Assembly: GCA_043760195.1 (NCBI GenBank)
Contig: JAYUPJ010000092.1
Location: 1-55,202 of the forward strand
Source: Sphingomonadales bacterium
GTDB taxonomy: Bacteria; Pseudomonadota; Alphaproteobacteria; Sphingomonadales; Sphingomonadaceae
Length of the DNA stretch: 55,202 nucleotides
Reading direction: 5' to 3'
Shown: in pieces, positions 18,208 to 26,616 of the stretch
Layout of the letters: each line of letters opens with the position of its first letter
Numbering within the stretch: position 1 is the stretch's first letter
Translations under genes and position numbers: made by a program
Notes under the pieces: generated by a model
Databases searched by the model: none
The model's input: the letters and a program-made list of their open reading frames with translations, nothing else
Told to the model about the DNA's origin: nothing

Positions 18208-19474
18208 ATGTCTGGACTTAGCGAATTGCTATCTCCCTTGCGAAGCGACCAAATGATCCAGGAACCAATTCAAGAAGCAATGAAGTTGCGGCAACCACGC
18301 CCGGTTGCCAAGCCTCGTCGCCGTCTGATCGGTGGACGTGAAATTCTGCTTTTGTTGGTTGCATTTAGCCTGCTTGCGCTGGCTCCATCAATTGCCCAAG
18401 TGATGGGCGGCATATCAAGCTCGGGACCACAGCGGCAATCGTCATTTGGCATGGCAGAGCGCGCCGAAACCAATTTCGCCGGCTCGGCATTCTACTTTCA
18501 GGAACAAGATTACATCGTCCCGCCAACCAGCGAGGCAATCGCCGCAGCGCAGGGAAGCAACGCTGCGCTGTTTGAAATCCCGCCATCCGCCGCACTTGCG
18601 CCAATGGATGATCCGGCTGCGCCCTATGATGTCAATGGTGTCGGCGGCATTGCGCGGCCCTTTGTCGTTAACGGAGCGTCACCCGATTATGGCCGCGCGC
18701 TAAAATGCCTTACCGATGCAATTTATTATGAAGCGGCTTCTGAATCCGATTCCGGACAACGTGCCGTCGCTCAGGTCATATTGAACCGGATGCGGCATCC
18801 CACATATCCAAACAACGTATGCGGCGTAATCTATCAGGGTTCGGAACGTCATACGGGTTGCCAGTTAAGCTATCTGCGACGGTTCAATGGCGCGCACACC
18901 ATCCAGTTTCCATTGGGAACGCGCCCGCCGCGTTGCGATGAGCGCGCTTGCGGGATATGTCCACGCACCAGTTGGCATGGCGACGCATTATCACACCGTC
19001 AATATCTACCCTTATTGGGCACCAAGCCTGCATTTCCTTGGCACCATCGGTGCGCACCGGTTCTATCGCTGGAAAGGCAGTGCCGGGCGTCCTTCTGCAT
19101 TCTTCCGCAGCTATGCCGGGAATGAACCATTCCCTGGTCCCAAACCACGCGCTTACCGCCCATCGACTGCGCCGCTGCTTGATCCAATCCAGTTGCAGAA
19201 ACAATATGAGCGTGAATATGCTGCTGCACGGATGAGGGCCGAGAATGATGCCCGCGCGTCCGCTGCCTCCGCGATAACGCCTGTCGCACCCTATTCAGCG
19301 ATCACACCGCAGCGGCAACGCCAAGCAACCGCCTACGCCGCCCCTGAATATTCGCGGGAAGCCAAGCAACGTGGCGGCGAAGCGAACTATGTTGGCGAAC
19401 GGCTACCTGATGCGACCAATATCAAGCCTGAATATCAAAACAGCGGCAGCTGGAAAGCCCAGCCAACGGGATAA
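18208..19474 (+). pseudogene. SleB/Hydrolase_2 cell-wall hydrolase, frameshifted near 18874
   Basis: One frame has CLTDAIYYEAASE...AVAQVILNR...CGVIYQG...GCQLSY; the continuation CDGSMAR...ATHYHT...IGAHRFY is in the +1 frame. Could be a sequencing error. Confidence 0.75.
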
Positions 19475-19538
19475 TTGCGGCCGGTCCTTCGCCGTGATTT
19501 AGAGCGCGATGGCACTACTTCCCAGCAGAATTCCCTCT

Positions 19539-19606
19539 CCGTTCGTCCTGAGCCTGTCGAAGGATGAGGCAAGCAACCTGTACTTCGACAGGCTCAGTAC
19601 GAACGG
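19539..19606. repeat. REP-like palindromic element
   Basis: CCGTTCGTCCTGAGCCTGTCGAAG ... CTTCGACAGGCTCAGTACGAACGG inverted arms. Confidence 0.85.
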
Positions 19607-19835
19607 TTTTGTTTCATCCAAGGGAGTTTTGTCTCACTCAAACGTCATCACTCTAATGTTGACCGCAGGCAAATACTCCAAACCGGATTGATCACTATTG
19701 CATTCCGGTGGCCGCCGTTAACCGATCCGGCCTATCTCCAAAAAACCAACCTTAGGAGATAGCCCTTGGCAATTCAGCTTCATCCAAATCAGTTCCCAAC
19801 TGTAATTTTTTGCAGGAATTTTTTTGGAGGAAGAT

Positions 19836-20882
19836 ATGATTATCAACGATAACAAGGGCACCAAAGGCGCAATCGTTTCGCCAAACAGTTGTCCGAACGA
19901 CGTCATCATCGGCAACAGCGTGGCCGCACATTCATTGCGGCAAATGGCGGCACTCGCGGCTGGTTCCGATAGCCCGGTACTGATTACGGGACCGCGCGGT
20001 TGCGGCAAGGAAACGGCGGCACGGGCGATACACGCTGCTTCTGCTCGCCGAAACGGGCCTTTCGTTAAGATCAATTGCGGTGCACAATCATTTGAGAACA
20101 TTCCTGCCCGCGATTTTCCCGCTTCCCGCGATACCCGGCCGAAATCCGATGCTGCGCTGGAAAACGCCCATCTTGGCACGCTCTATTTGGCCGACATCGA
20201 AGAAATGTGCGTCGATGTGCAGTTGTTGGTCTGGCGATTGCTGACGCTGCGGTCCACTAACCGGGCGCCCGAACCATTTGGCCCGGCCCTCGATATCCGG
20301 GTGATTGCCGCCACAAGCCAATCTATCGCATACAAAGTAAGCGAAGGGACATTTCGGCAAGATCTGTATTACCGGCTGGCATCGCTCACGTTACCTGTCC
20401 CGCCACTGCGCCAACGGCGCGAAGATATCGCCATTTTGATTGACCATTTTCAACTCGATCAAGCGCATGACCGGCGTTTCACAATTGATTGGGCAGCGCA
20501 GCAAGCTTTGTGCGGATATAGCTGGCCGGGTAACATCCGCGAGCTGCGCCACTTGGTCGCGCGGACATGCGTTTTCCATCCGGGCCAGAATATTGGCGCA
20601 CACCGAATGCGCTCGTTGCTGTCAATGGGACAGGCCGCAACCGGCAAAGTCGGCCGGGCCGTACCACCGCAAAATGCCGTTTCCGGCAAAGATGGCCCTA
20701 TCGCCGGCGGCTTTTGTCTAAAGACGCATCTCGCCGATGAAGAGCTGCGTTATCTGCAATCCGCGCTCGAACAAACTAAGGGTATTGTCCAGCATGCCGC
20801 CGATATCACAGGCATGAAACGAACCACATTCCTCGAAAAAATGCGGCGGCACGGGATGGAGCGCAGGCAGTATCGGCGATGA
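19836..20882 (+). CDS. FleQ/FlrA-like sigma54-activator homolog with a degenerate AAA+ core
   Basis: VLITGPRGCGKE, FVKINCGA, FRQDLYYRL, WPGNIREL and a FleQ-type HTH (MKRTTFLEKMRRHGM); GAFTGA absent; GGAGG RBS before ATG 19836. Confidence 0.85.
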   Translation: MIINDNKGTKGAIVSPNSCPNDVIIGNSVAAHSLRQMAALAAGSDSPVLITGPRGCGKETAARAIHAASARRNGPFVKINCGAQSFENIPARDFPASRDTRPKSDAALENAHLGTLYLADIEEMCVDVQLLVWRLLTLRSTNRAPEPFGPALDIRVIAATSQSIAYKVSEGTFRQDLYYRLASLTLPVPPLRQRREDIAILIDHFQLDQAHDRRFTIDWAAQQALCGYSWPGNIRELRHLVARTCVFHPGQNIGAHRMRSLLSMGQAATGKVGRAVPPQNAVSGKDGPIAGGFCLKTHLADEELRYLQSALEQTKGIVQHAADITGMKRTTFLEKMRRHGMERRQYRR

Positions 20883-20889
20883 TTTTTGA

Positions 20890-20991
20890 GCTGGGGCGGG
20901 ATGAGATGCTGAGGCGGGGTGAGATACGGCTGAGGCGGGATGAGATGCTGAGGCGGGATGAGGTGCTGAGGCAGGATGAGATACGGCTGAG
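20890..20991. repeat. Minisatellite of 18/21-bp units (GCTGAGGCGGGATGAGAT[ACG]), about 5.3 copies
   Basis: Units of 18, 21, 18, 18 and 21 bp plus a partial copy, read directly. Confidence 0.85.
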
Positions 20992-21044
20992 CCCCAAATT
21001 CGCCTTCCCCCTTCCCCAATTCGCCTTCCCCCTCCCCCAATTCG
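20992..21044. repeat. 21/22-bp tandem repeat (CCCCAATTCGCCTTCCCCCT..), about 2.5 copies, running into a REP end
   Basis: CCCCAAATTCGCCTTCCCCCTT CCCCAATTCGCCTTCCCCCTC CCCCAATTCG. Confidence 0.8.
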
Positions 21045-21131
21045 TCATCCTGAACTAGTTTCAGGATAAATACATCGCAGGCATTGTGGCTTCGGGACTA
21101 TGTATCCTGAAACAAGTTCAGGATGACGAAT
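21040..21131. repeat. CGTC-type REP/palindromic element
   Basis: ATTCGTCATCCTGAACTAGTTTCAGGATA ... TATCCTGAAACAAGTTCAGGATGACGAAT; same family as 32035-32123. Confidence 0.88.
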
Positions 21132-21506
21132 CGCACAGATGTCATCCAAATCCGCAGCCCGCATTAACCCTTGTAATGTAGGATTTGTTCTGGGAACAAA
21201 GGACATGGCCGCTAGTGCAGGGCTGGCTCTTTGACATCGTTGGCGGTCAGATCACTCCCTTCGTAGTAGGATTTGCAAAAACATAAAATTACAAAATAAC
21301 CGCGATGTAGGAAATTATCTATAGCCGAACTGGCAATTAGTTTCAAAATGGGCGTCAACCTTGTCAAGTCGGTGTCAACTTGGCGTTTTTGATGAAATGT
21401 CGGTTTACGCCCGAATCAGCGGCAGGTTGGGCTTCCGCCAGTAACGCATTAATCCGGACCAAGCATGAAATCATATCGGTTTATGTTTCGGATCATGCGA
21501 GGAAAA

Positions 21507-21583
21507 TGGTGCACCCAGAGGAATTCGAATCCCCGGCCTCTGCCTTCGGAGGGCAGCGCTCTATCCAGCTGAGCTATGGGTGC
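21507..21583 (-). tRNA. tRNA-Arg(CCG)
   Basis: GCACCCA/TGGGTGC acceptor stem, CTGCC-CTCCGAA-GGCAG anticodon arm, encoded CCA; atypical T-stem closing pair. Confidence 0.92.
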
Positions 21584-21657
21584 ATATCGGCAACTTGCCA
21601 ACACGCGGCCCTTAGCAAAGCGCCTTGAAAGTTGCCAGCGACTTTTTCGTATTGTGC

Positions 21658-22650
21658 TTATGCGGCGATCCGTTCGATGAACCAAAAGCTTGCGATTGTG
21701 CCGATCGCATAGGCCGCAGTGACAATCGCGGGTTTCACAAATGGTTCGGCAAAGCGGCGCAGCGCCGCGAGAACCAGCATAGCTGCCAAGACAATCGCCA
21801 ACTGCCCGGCTTCCACGCCAAGGTTGAACGTTAGCAATGCGGCCGGCACGTCGCCTTCGGGCAAACCAATTTCCTGCAAGGCTCCGGCAAAGCCAAAGCC
21901 ATGCAGCAATCCGAATATAAAGGCGACAACCCACGGAATGCGTTCAGACAGTCTGGGCTTACCGGGATCACGTTTGATGATTTCGGCGGCAAGGAACATG
22001 ATCGACAATGCGATCACTACTTCGACCGGGCGCTGCGGCAATCCGAAAAAGCCCATTATAGTCCCGATCAAGGTAATCGAATGTGCCAATGTGAACGCCG
22101 TCACCGCCTTTGCAACGGTCCAAACTCCGCGCAGCAGCAGCACCAAAGCGAGCACAAACAGCAAATGGTCGTAGCCAAAAACTATGTGCTGCGCCCCGGT
22201 GACAAAATAAGTCCGCGCGATCTGCCACGTATCCGGCTTCATTAAAATTTCGGCAAGCGGCTTTGCTGCGGTTAAGCGCATGGCTTGCGCGGGCTTGCCG
22301 AGAGCCGCAACACGAACAAGAACATCGGTTTGGCTGGTGTTGAAACCGGAAAGCCCGACCGATTTGCCGGCAACGTCATCGCTGCACATCACGGCAGATT
22401 TTGTGACCAGTGATGCGTTGACTAATGCTCTTTCAGGTGTGCCTTGTATTTTGCATCCAGCGGGCAAAACCGGCTGGGTTCGCGGGGTCACTCCCCCTTT
22501 CATGGGCGATTTCCAAACCAGCGTCCATTCGGTGTTCCGCACTTGGGTGAATTCCAAATATCCCGGGCGCAGTTCATCGGCGCAGGCGGGACTCGCCATC
22601 ATAGCCAGCAAGACCGTCAAGAAGCGCAGCAGGCCGCGCGTTTTGTTCAC
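21658..22650 (-). CDS. HupE/UreJ-family membrane protein with an N-terminal periplasmic domain
   Basis: Signal peptide; GAQHIVFGYDHLLFV, TAFTLAHSITL, FGLLHGFGFA, FNLGVEAGQ motifs. Confidence 0.88.
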   Translation of the reverse strand: MNKTRGLLRFLTVLLAMMASPACADELRPGYLEFTQVRNTEWTLVWKSPMKGGVTPRTQPVLPAGCKIQGTPERALVNASLVTKSAVMCSDDVAGKSVGLSGFNTSQTDVLVRVAALGKPAQAMRLTAAKPLAEILMKPDTWQIARTYFVTGAQHIVFGYDHLLFVLALVLLLRGVWTVAKAVTAFTLAHSITLIGTIMGFFGLPQRPVEVVIALSIMFLAAEIIKRDPGKPRLSERIPWVVAFIFGLLHGFGFAGALQEIGLPEGDVPAALLTFNLGVEAGQLAIVLAAMLVLAALRRFAEPFVKPAIVTAAYAIGTIASFWFIERIAA

Positions 22651-23513
22651 GGCTTGGCGATCTTGATGGTATAACCGTCAAGCAGCGTTTGATAGGCCTT
22701 GGCTTCGCGGCTTGTTATTGTCGCCGCCCGCCAATCATTTTCGGCCGCTTGGCGGACGTCAGCAAGCGCGGGCGCTTTGGATGTTCGCAGTTGCCTTATC
22801 CTAACCAAATGTGCGCCAAAACCGGAATATACCGGCCCGGTCCAATTGTTCGTTTCGGCGTTAGAAAGCGCCGCGAGAGCGCCAGTAAATTCATCGCCAA
22901 ATTGCCGGGAAACTTCAGTTTTACTCGCGTTGTCCATACTGCGCGGAACCGACAGCGGTTCGCCATATTGCCGCCAAGCGTCGCCGCCAGCAGGCAATTT
23001 TGCAAGGCTGGTAATGAGCTGCTTGCCATTAGCAGCAATATCATCCGCAGCCGCCGCGCCCAGATAAATCTGATCAAAACTATAGACTGCATCGGCCGCA
23101 TATTTGGCCGGATCTTTATCGAGCATGGCTTGAAGAACGGCCTCACTCGGCCGAACGCTCTCGACCTGCGATGCGGCAAAATATTCCATCTTGGACCGCA
23201 AGCGGCGGCGAATTATCACATCGTCGACATCCAGCCCGAGACGCAATGCCTCGCGGTAATAAACCTCTTCCTTGATGTGATCGCGGATCAGCGCATCTAT
23301 TTCATTTTGGGTCGGGCTTCGTTGCCATGTCTGCGCAAAACTTGCCGCCAGTCGCTGCAATTGCGGCTCATCAATCGTGATCATCCGGCTGGCAGGATCA
23401 ACGTCATTGCCGCGCCAACCGAAAAACAGAAACACCGCCAACCCGGCAAACAGAAACTGCACCAGCGGCTCTTTAAGAGCACGCTGGACACCCGCTTTCA
23501 TCAACATTTTCAC
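22647..23513 (-). CDS. Membrane-anchored parvulin/PpiC-like protein
   Basis: KEPLVQF TM anchor, EEVYYREALRLGLD, FGDEF, WTGPVYSGFGAHLV motifs; GTGA overlaps on both sides. Confidence 0.85.
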   Translation of the reverse strand: MKMLMKAGVQRALKEPLVQFLFAGLAVFLFFGWRGNDVDPASRMITIDEPQLQRLAASFAQTWQRSPTQNEIDALIRDHIKEEVYYREALRLGLDVDDVIIRRRLRSKMEYFAASQVESVRPSEAVLQAMLDKDPAKYAADAVYSFDQIYLGAAAADDIAANGKQLITSLAKLPAGGDAWRQYGEPLSVPRSMDNASKTEVSRQFGDEFTGALAALSNAETNNWTGPVYSGFGAHLVRIRQLRTSKAPALADVRQAAENDWRAATITSREAKAYQTLLDGYTIKIAKP

Positions 23514-25399
23514 GCCTTAGGGCTATACCAAATCGGAGAAGTATAGGCGCGTTCCTGATCCTTTATCTGCACATCGGCTGCCAATTTCGCACCATAGCGC
23601 AAGGCATCGAACAGCACCCAGCGCGGCGTTGGAATTTCGAGAACGCGGACATAATAGAACGCCTTGATATCGGGATTGAACTCGGGATCGGTCCATATCG
23701 TTTGCAGTTCAGGCGCGCCTATGCTGTTTGAATAGATCGCCTTTGCCACATCAACCGTATCGCCCACGGACGGCACTTTTCCGCCTGCTCCTTTTGGCCT
23801 TTTGTCCATATCACTCCAGACCACATCAAAGATTTTTTCCCGCGTTTGTCCGTTTTTGTCGGCCCAACCTTTGATGATCTGAACCCGGTCAAGATTGGCC
23901 CCGATCGGATCTTTCTGCGCCGAGACAAGGAAAGTAGGTGCGCCCTTTGCACTGGCTTTCAATTCGCCGCCCATCGGGACACCGCGTTCATAACCAGCCT
24001 TTACCCAGTCGCCTTTCAAATCTGCACTGGCAAAATCCCAGCCGCCAAACAGCCGCACTTTCATCCGTGGGCCAGTCGTCGCATAAACTTCACGCCGCAT
24101 CATCGCGTCAAAAATGGCGCCGCGCGTATTCGCTTTCGCCCAAACAGCAGCATAGCCCCCGGCCAGATAATGCCACCCAATCCGGCCCAAACGCGTGCCG
24201 AGATTTTGCGGCTGTCCGGCGCGCTTGCCATTCGGTTCGTTGCCGGTGTGCTTGCCAAAGAAGTTGTTCTCGTCGCCGGTTGCCAAAGTCGTATGGCTAT
24301 CGGTCGAACCAATCAGCCCGAATTTATAGGGATTAACCCCGGTTTTCGCTTCGATAGCCAGTCCGCGCTTCAACGCCTCACGGATGTAATTGCCGCCTTG
24401 CATGCCGTCGGCAGCTGCTTCTTGCATGGTCAGATTGCCCAACTCCCAGCCCGCTTTGCCAAAGCCTGCAAATTCGTCATTCGGCGATAAGAACGGATGC
24501 GCTTCGCTATCACCCTTGATTTGCGTTGCCTCGACCACTGGCTCGTGCGCCGCGCGCTTACGTGCATATTCCGCGCTCATCGGACCGCCGTCAGGTCCGG
24601 TAAGCTCAAACATCAATCCGTTCGATACGTTTGAGTTATGCGGGATGGCGAGCATCTTGCCGCCGGTTTTCTTCGCATAGCCGTCCATATAGTCCCAAAG
24701 CTGCTCAACTTTCGAACCGTCCGCATTCGATCCAAACGGCAAAACCTGATCGGCCTTATCCTTGCCATCACGGAACATCACGACGCGGTGCAGATTGTTG
24801 CCATTGGGCATCAACGTATATTCAAAGCCCATAAATGCCGAAAATTTCCCCGGCTCGTTATAGCGTTCCACAATCCCGGTGTGGCTGGTCCAAATTTCGC
24901 GGGTATTTTTCTCCGTGTTTTCATCTCCCCGCATCGCTGCGGGCAAAGTCCCTGCACCCGCGCGCTGGATTATTTCACTTACGGCCTGTTGCGAACCTTC
25001 CGGACCTTCGACCATCATATCATGCCATTTGCGCAGTTGCGGATCGCGGATCAGCAATCGGGGCGCTTCGTACAAGCGCCGCGTTGCGCCAAGCCCGTCA
25101 CTGTGATCGGCTATCACCAGAAAATCGAGCGGACGATCAAGTTTCGCTTTTAAGCCGAGCGTTGATTTAACCTCTTCACCGCGGGCAAATCGCAGAGCCG
25201 CTTCAGGATTTAACCGCGTGCCAAAACCAAATGCGTCGATGGAATTGGAAGTATGAAGGTGCGTGTCGCCCCAATAAACGTTCTCTGGATATGCAGTTTC
25301 TTTGACGTCGGCTTCGCGGACAGAGCTACCGCTTTCTTCAATTTTGTCGCATCCGGCAACCGCCAGCGCGATCAAGCTAAGCGCAATTATTCGTCTCAT
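23510..25399 (-). CDS. DUF3604-family (PHP-like) metallohydrolase lipoprotein
   Basis: Lipobox VAGC; WGDTHLHT, IADHS, FEYT, NLHR, IPHNSN, STDSH, YATTGPR, QERAYTSPIWY motifs; start ATG 25399. Confidence 0.88.
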   Translation of the reverse strand: MRRIIALSLIALAVAGCDKIEESGSSVREADVKETAYPENVYWGDTHLHTSNSIDAFGFGTRLNPEAALRFARGEEVKSTLGLKAKLDRPLDFLVIADHSDGLGATRRLYEAPRLLIRDPQLRKWHDMMVEGPEGSQQAVSEIIQRAGAGTLPAAMRGDENTEKNTREIWTSHTGIVERYNEPGKFSAFMGFEYTLMPNGNNLHRVVMFRDGKDKADQVLPFGSNADGSKVEQLWDYMDGYAKKTGGKMLAIPHNSNVSNGLMFELTGPDGGPMSAEYARKRAAHEPVVEATQIKGDSEAHPFLSPNDEFAGFGKAGWELGNLTMQEAAADGMQGGNYIREALKRGLAIEAKTGVNPYKFGLIGSTDSHTTLATGDENNFFGKHTGNEPNGKRAGQPQNLGTRLGRIGWHYLAGGYAAVWAKANTRGAIFDAMMRREVYATTGPRMKVRLFGGWDFASADLKGDWVKAGYERGVPMGGELKASAKGAPTFLVSAQKDPIGANLDRVQIIKGWADKNGQTREKIFDVVWSDMDKRPKGAGGKVPSVGDTVDVAKAIYSNSIGAPELQTIWTDPEFNPDIKAFYYVRVLEIPTPRWVLFDALRYGAKLAADVQIKDQERAYTSPIWYSPKA

Positions 25400-25697
25400 C
25401 TTGTGTCCCTTTATTTCCGTAAGCACCGACCCAAATTGGTGAACTCCATGCGCGTTAGCGCCTGCCTGCGTCAGGCTTCGTCAACCATCGCCGCTTTTGG
25501 CAAGAGCGTGGCTAACAAAGCATGCGGCCAAGATATCTCTGCATAACCTTCTCCCCGCTTGAATAATTGCACGTCCCGATTGAAACTTGCAACCTCCGTT
25601 TTTGCAGCGGCAAACGGAGGCCGGTACGGCGCGGTTTCTGTGCTTGAATTTGGGCCAACTCAGAGCTATGCGGAGTAAGTCAAAGCAAGGTCTTTGC

Positions 25698-25773
25698 GCC
25701 GCTTTAGCTCAGTTGGTAGAGCATCGCATTCGTAATGCGGGGGTCGTAGGTTCGAATCCTATAAGCGGCACCA
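25698..25773 (+). tRNA. tRNA-Thr(CGT)
   Basis: GCCGCTT/AAGCGGC acceptor stem, anticodon loop TTCGTAA, GGTTCGAATCC, encoded CCA. Confidence 0.95.
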
Positions 25774-25857
25774 TAATTGATTTTGGAGACAGTTCGGATG
25801 GCGATCACGTTTGATATGACGCGTAATACGCGCGCCGCAGAAAACGTGCTCGGCGGC

Positions 25858-26571
25858 CTATTCCGGCTGTTCCGCTGCGTCATAGCGGATTTCGAGATAC
25901 CGCCCGCGAGTGGCCAGCTTATCCAGTTCGCCGCGCGATATCTGGCCGGTCATGGTTGCAATTTCGCGGTCGATTAATCTTAATCCGTCAACCAGCTGTT
26001 GGTCGGGGGTCTTGCCGCCATGCTCTTTGTTTTTAAGCGCGGCTGGTATGCGTTTATAGCCGTTGATCAATTCGGGCAAATGTTCGCCAACCAGCTTTCG
26101 CACCTCACGCGCAGCCGGGTCATTATCGTCCAGCGTTCCCAGTTGCGGGGCGAGTTGATCCAACCTTGTGCCAATGTCTTGCACGATCGTTATTGCAGGA
26201 ACGGGCAAAGCGGGCCGCTGTGCCTCAAGCCAAATCTCGGTCTTTCCGGCCAGCGTCGCAAGGTCAGTGGTTCGCAAACTTTCCGTCGTAGGCAGCGGCA
26301 TATCGGGATAGCGCATCAACATATAAGCGGCGGCGGCCCCGGCGATGCCGGTCACCATCACGCCCCAAAAGCCGATGCCGTCGATGATCGCGCCCACAAT
26401 GCCCGCACCGATCAACACCGCGCCGACGGCAAGCGCGGCGCGGCTGACCTTGCCCCAATAATGCGCCCGGCGAAGGGCGCGGGATTTCATGCCAATGGGC
26501 GGCATCTGCACATTGCGCAGCGCGCGCTTTGCACCCTGAATGGTTTCGTCAGATTGCGATGCGATGTTCAA
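25858..26571 (-). CDS. Two-TM membrane protein, XpaC-like partner of TelA
   Basis: Two N-terminal hydrophobic helices, EHLPELINGY motif, GGAGG RBS before TTG; directly downstream of telA. Confidence 0.75.
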   Translation of the reverse strand: MNIASQSDETIQGAKRALRNVQMPPIGMKSRALRRAHYWGKVSRAALAVGAVLIGAGIVGAIIDGIGFWGVMVTGIAGAAAAYMLMRYPDMPLPTTESLRTTDLATLAGKTEIWLEAQRPALPVPAITIVQDIGTRLDQLAPQLGTLDDNDPAAREVRKLVGEHLPELINGYKRIPAALKNKEHGGKTPDQQLVDGLRLIDREIATMTGQISRGELDKLATRGRYLEIRYDAAEQPE

Positions 26572-26616
26572 TTTAATTCCTCCCCGAACCGGGAAGGATT
26601 TTCATAAGCTGGTCCA

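Noticed and set aside
18861-18880. Programmed frameshift in the cell-wall hydrolase
   Set aside because: No slippery heptamer or shift-prone stop codon, and a simple shift would still leave the conserved motif one residue short.
20890-21044. Repeat array as a CRISPR array, or as the (PPQHLI)n / (GEGE)n ORFs at 20750-21048
   Set aside because: The units are contiguous with no unique spacers and there are no cas genes. The ORFs are by-products of repeats that are multiples of 3 and overlap the activator gene antisense.
10889-25773. tRNA-anchored prophage or genomic island
   Set aside because: No integrase, phage or conjugation genes, no duplicated tRNA 3' end seen, and a core gene (DAHP synthase) lies inside.
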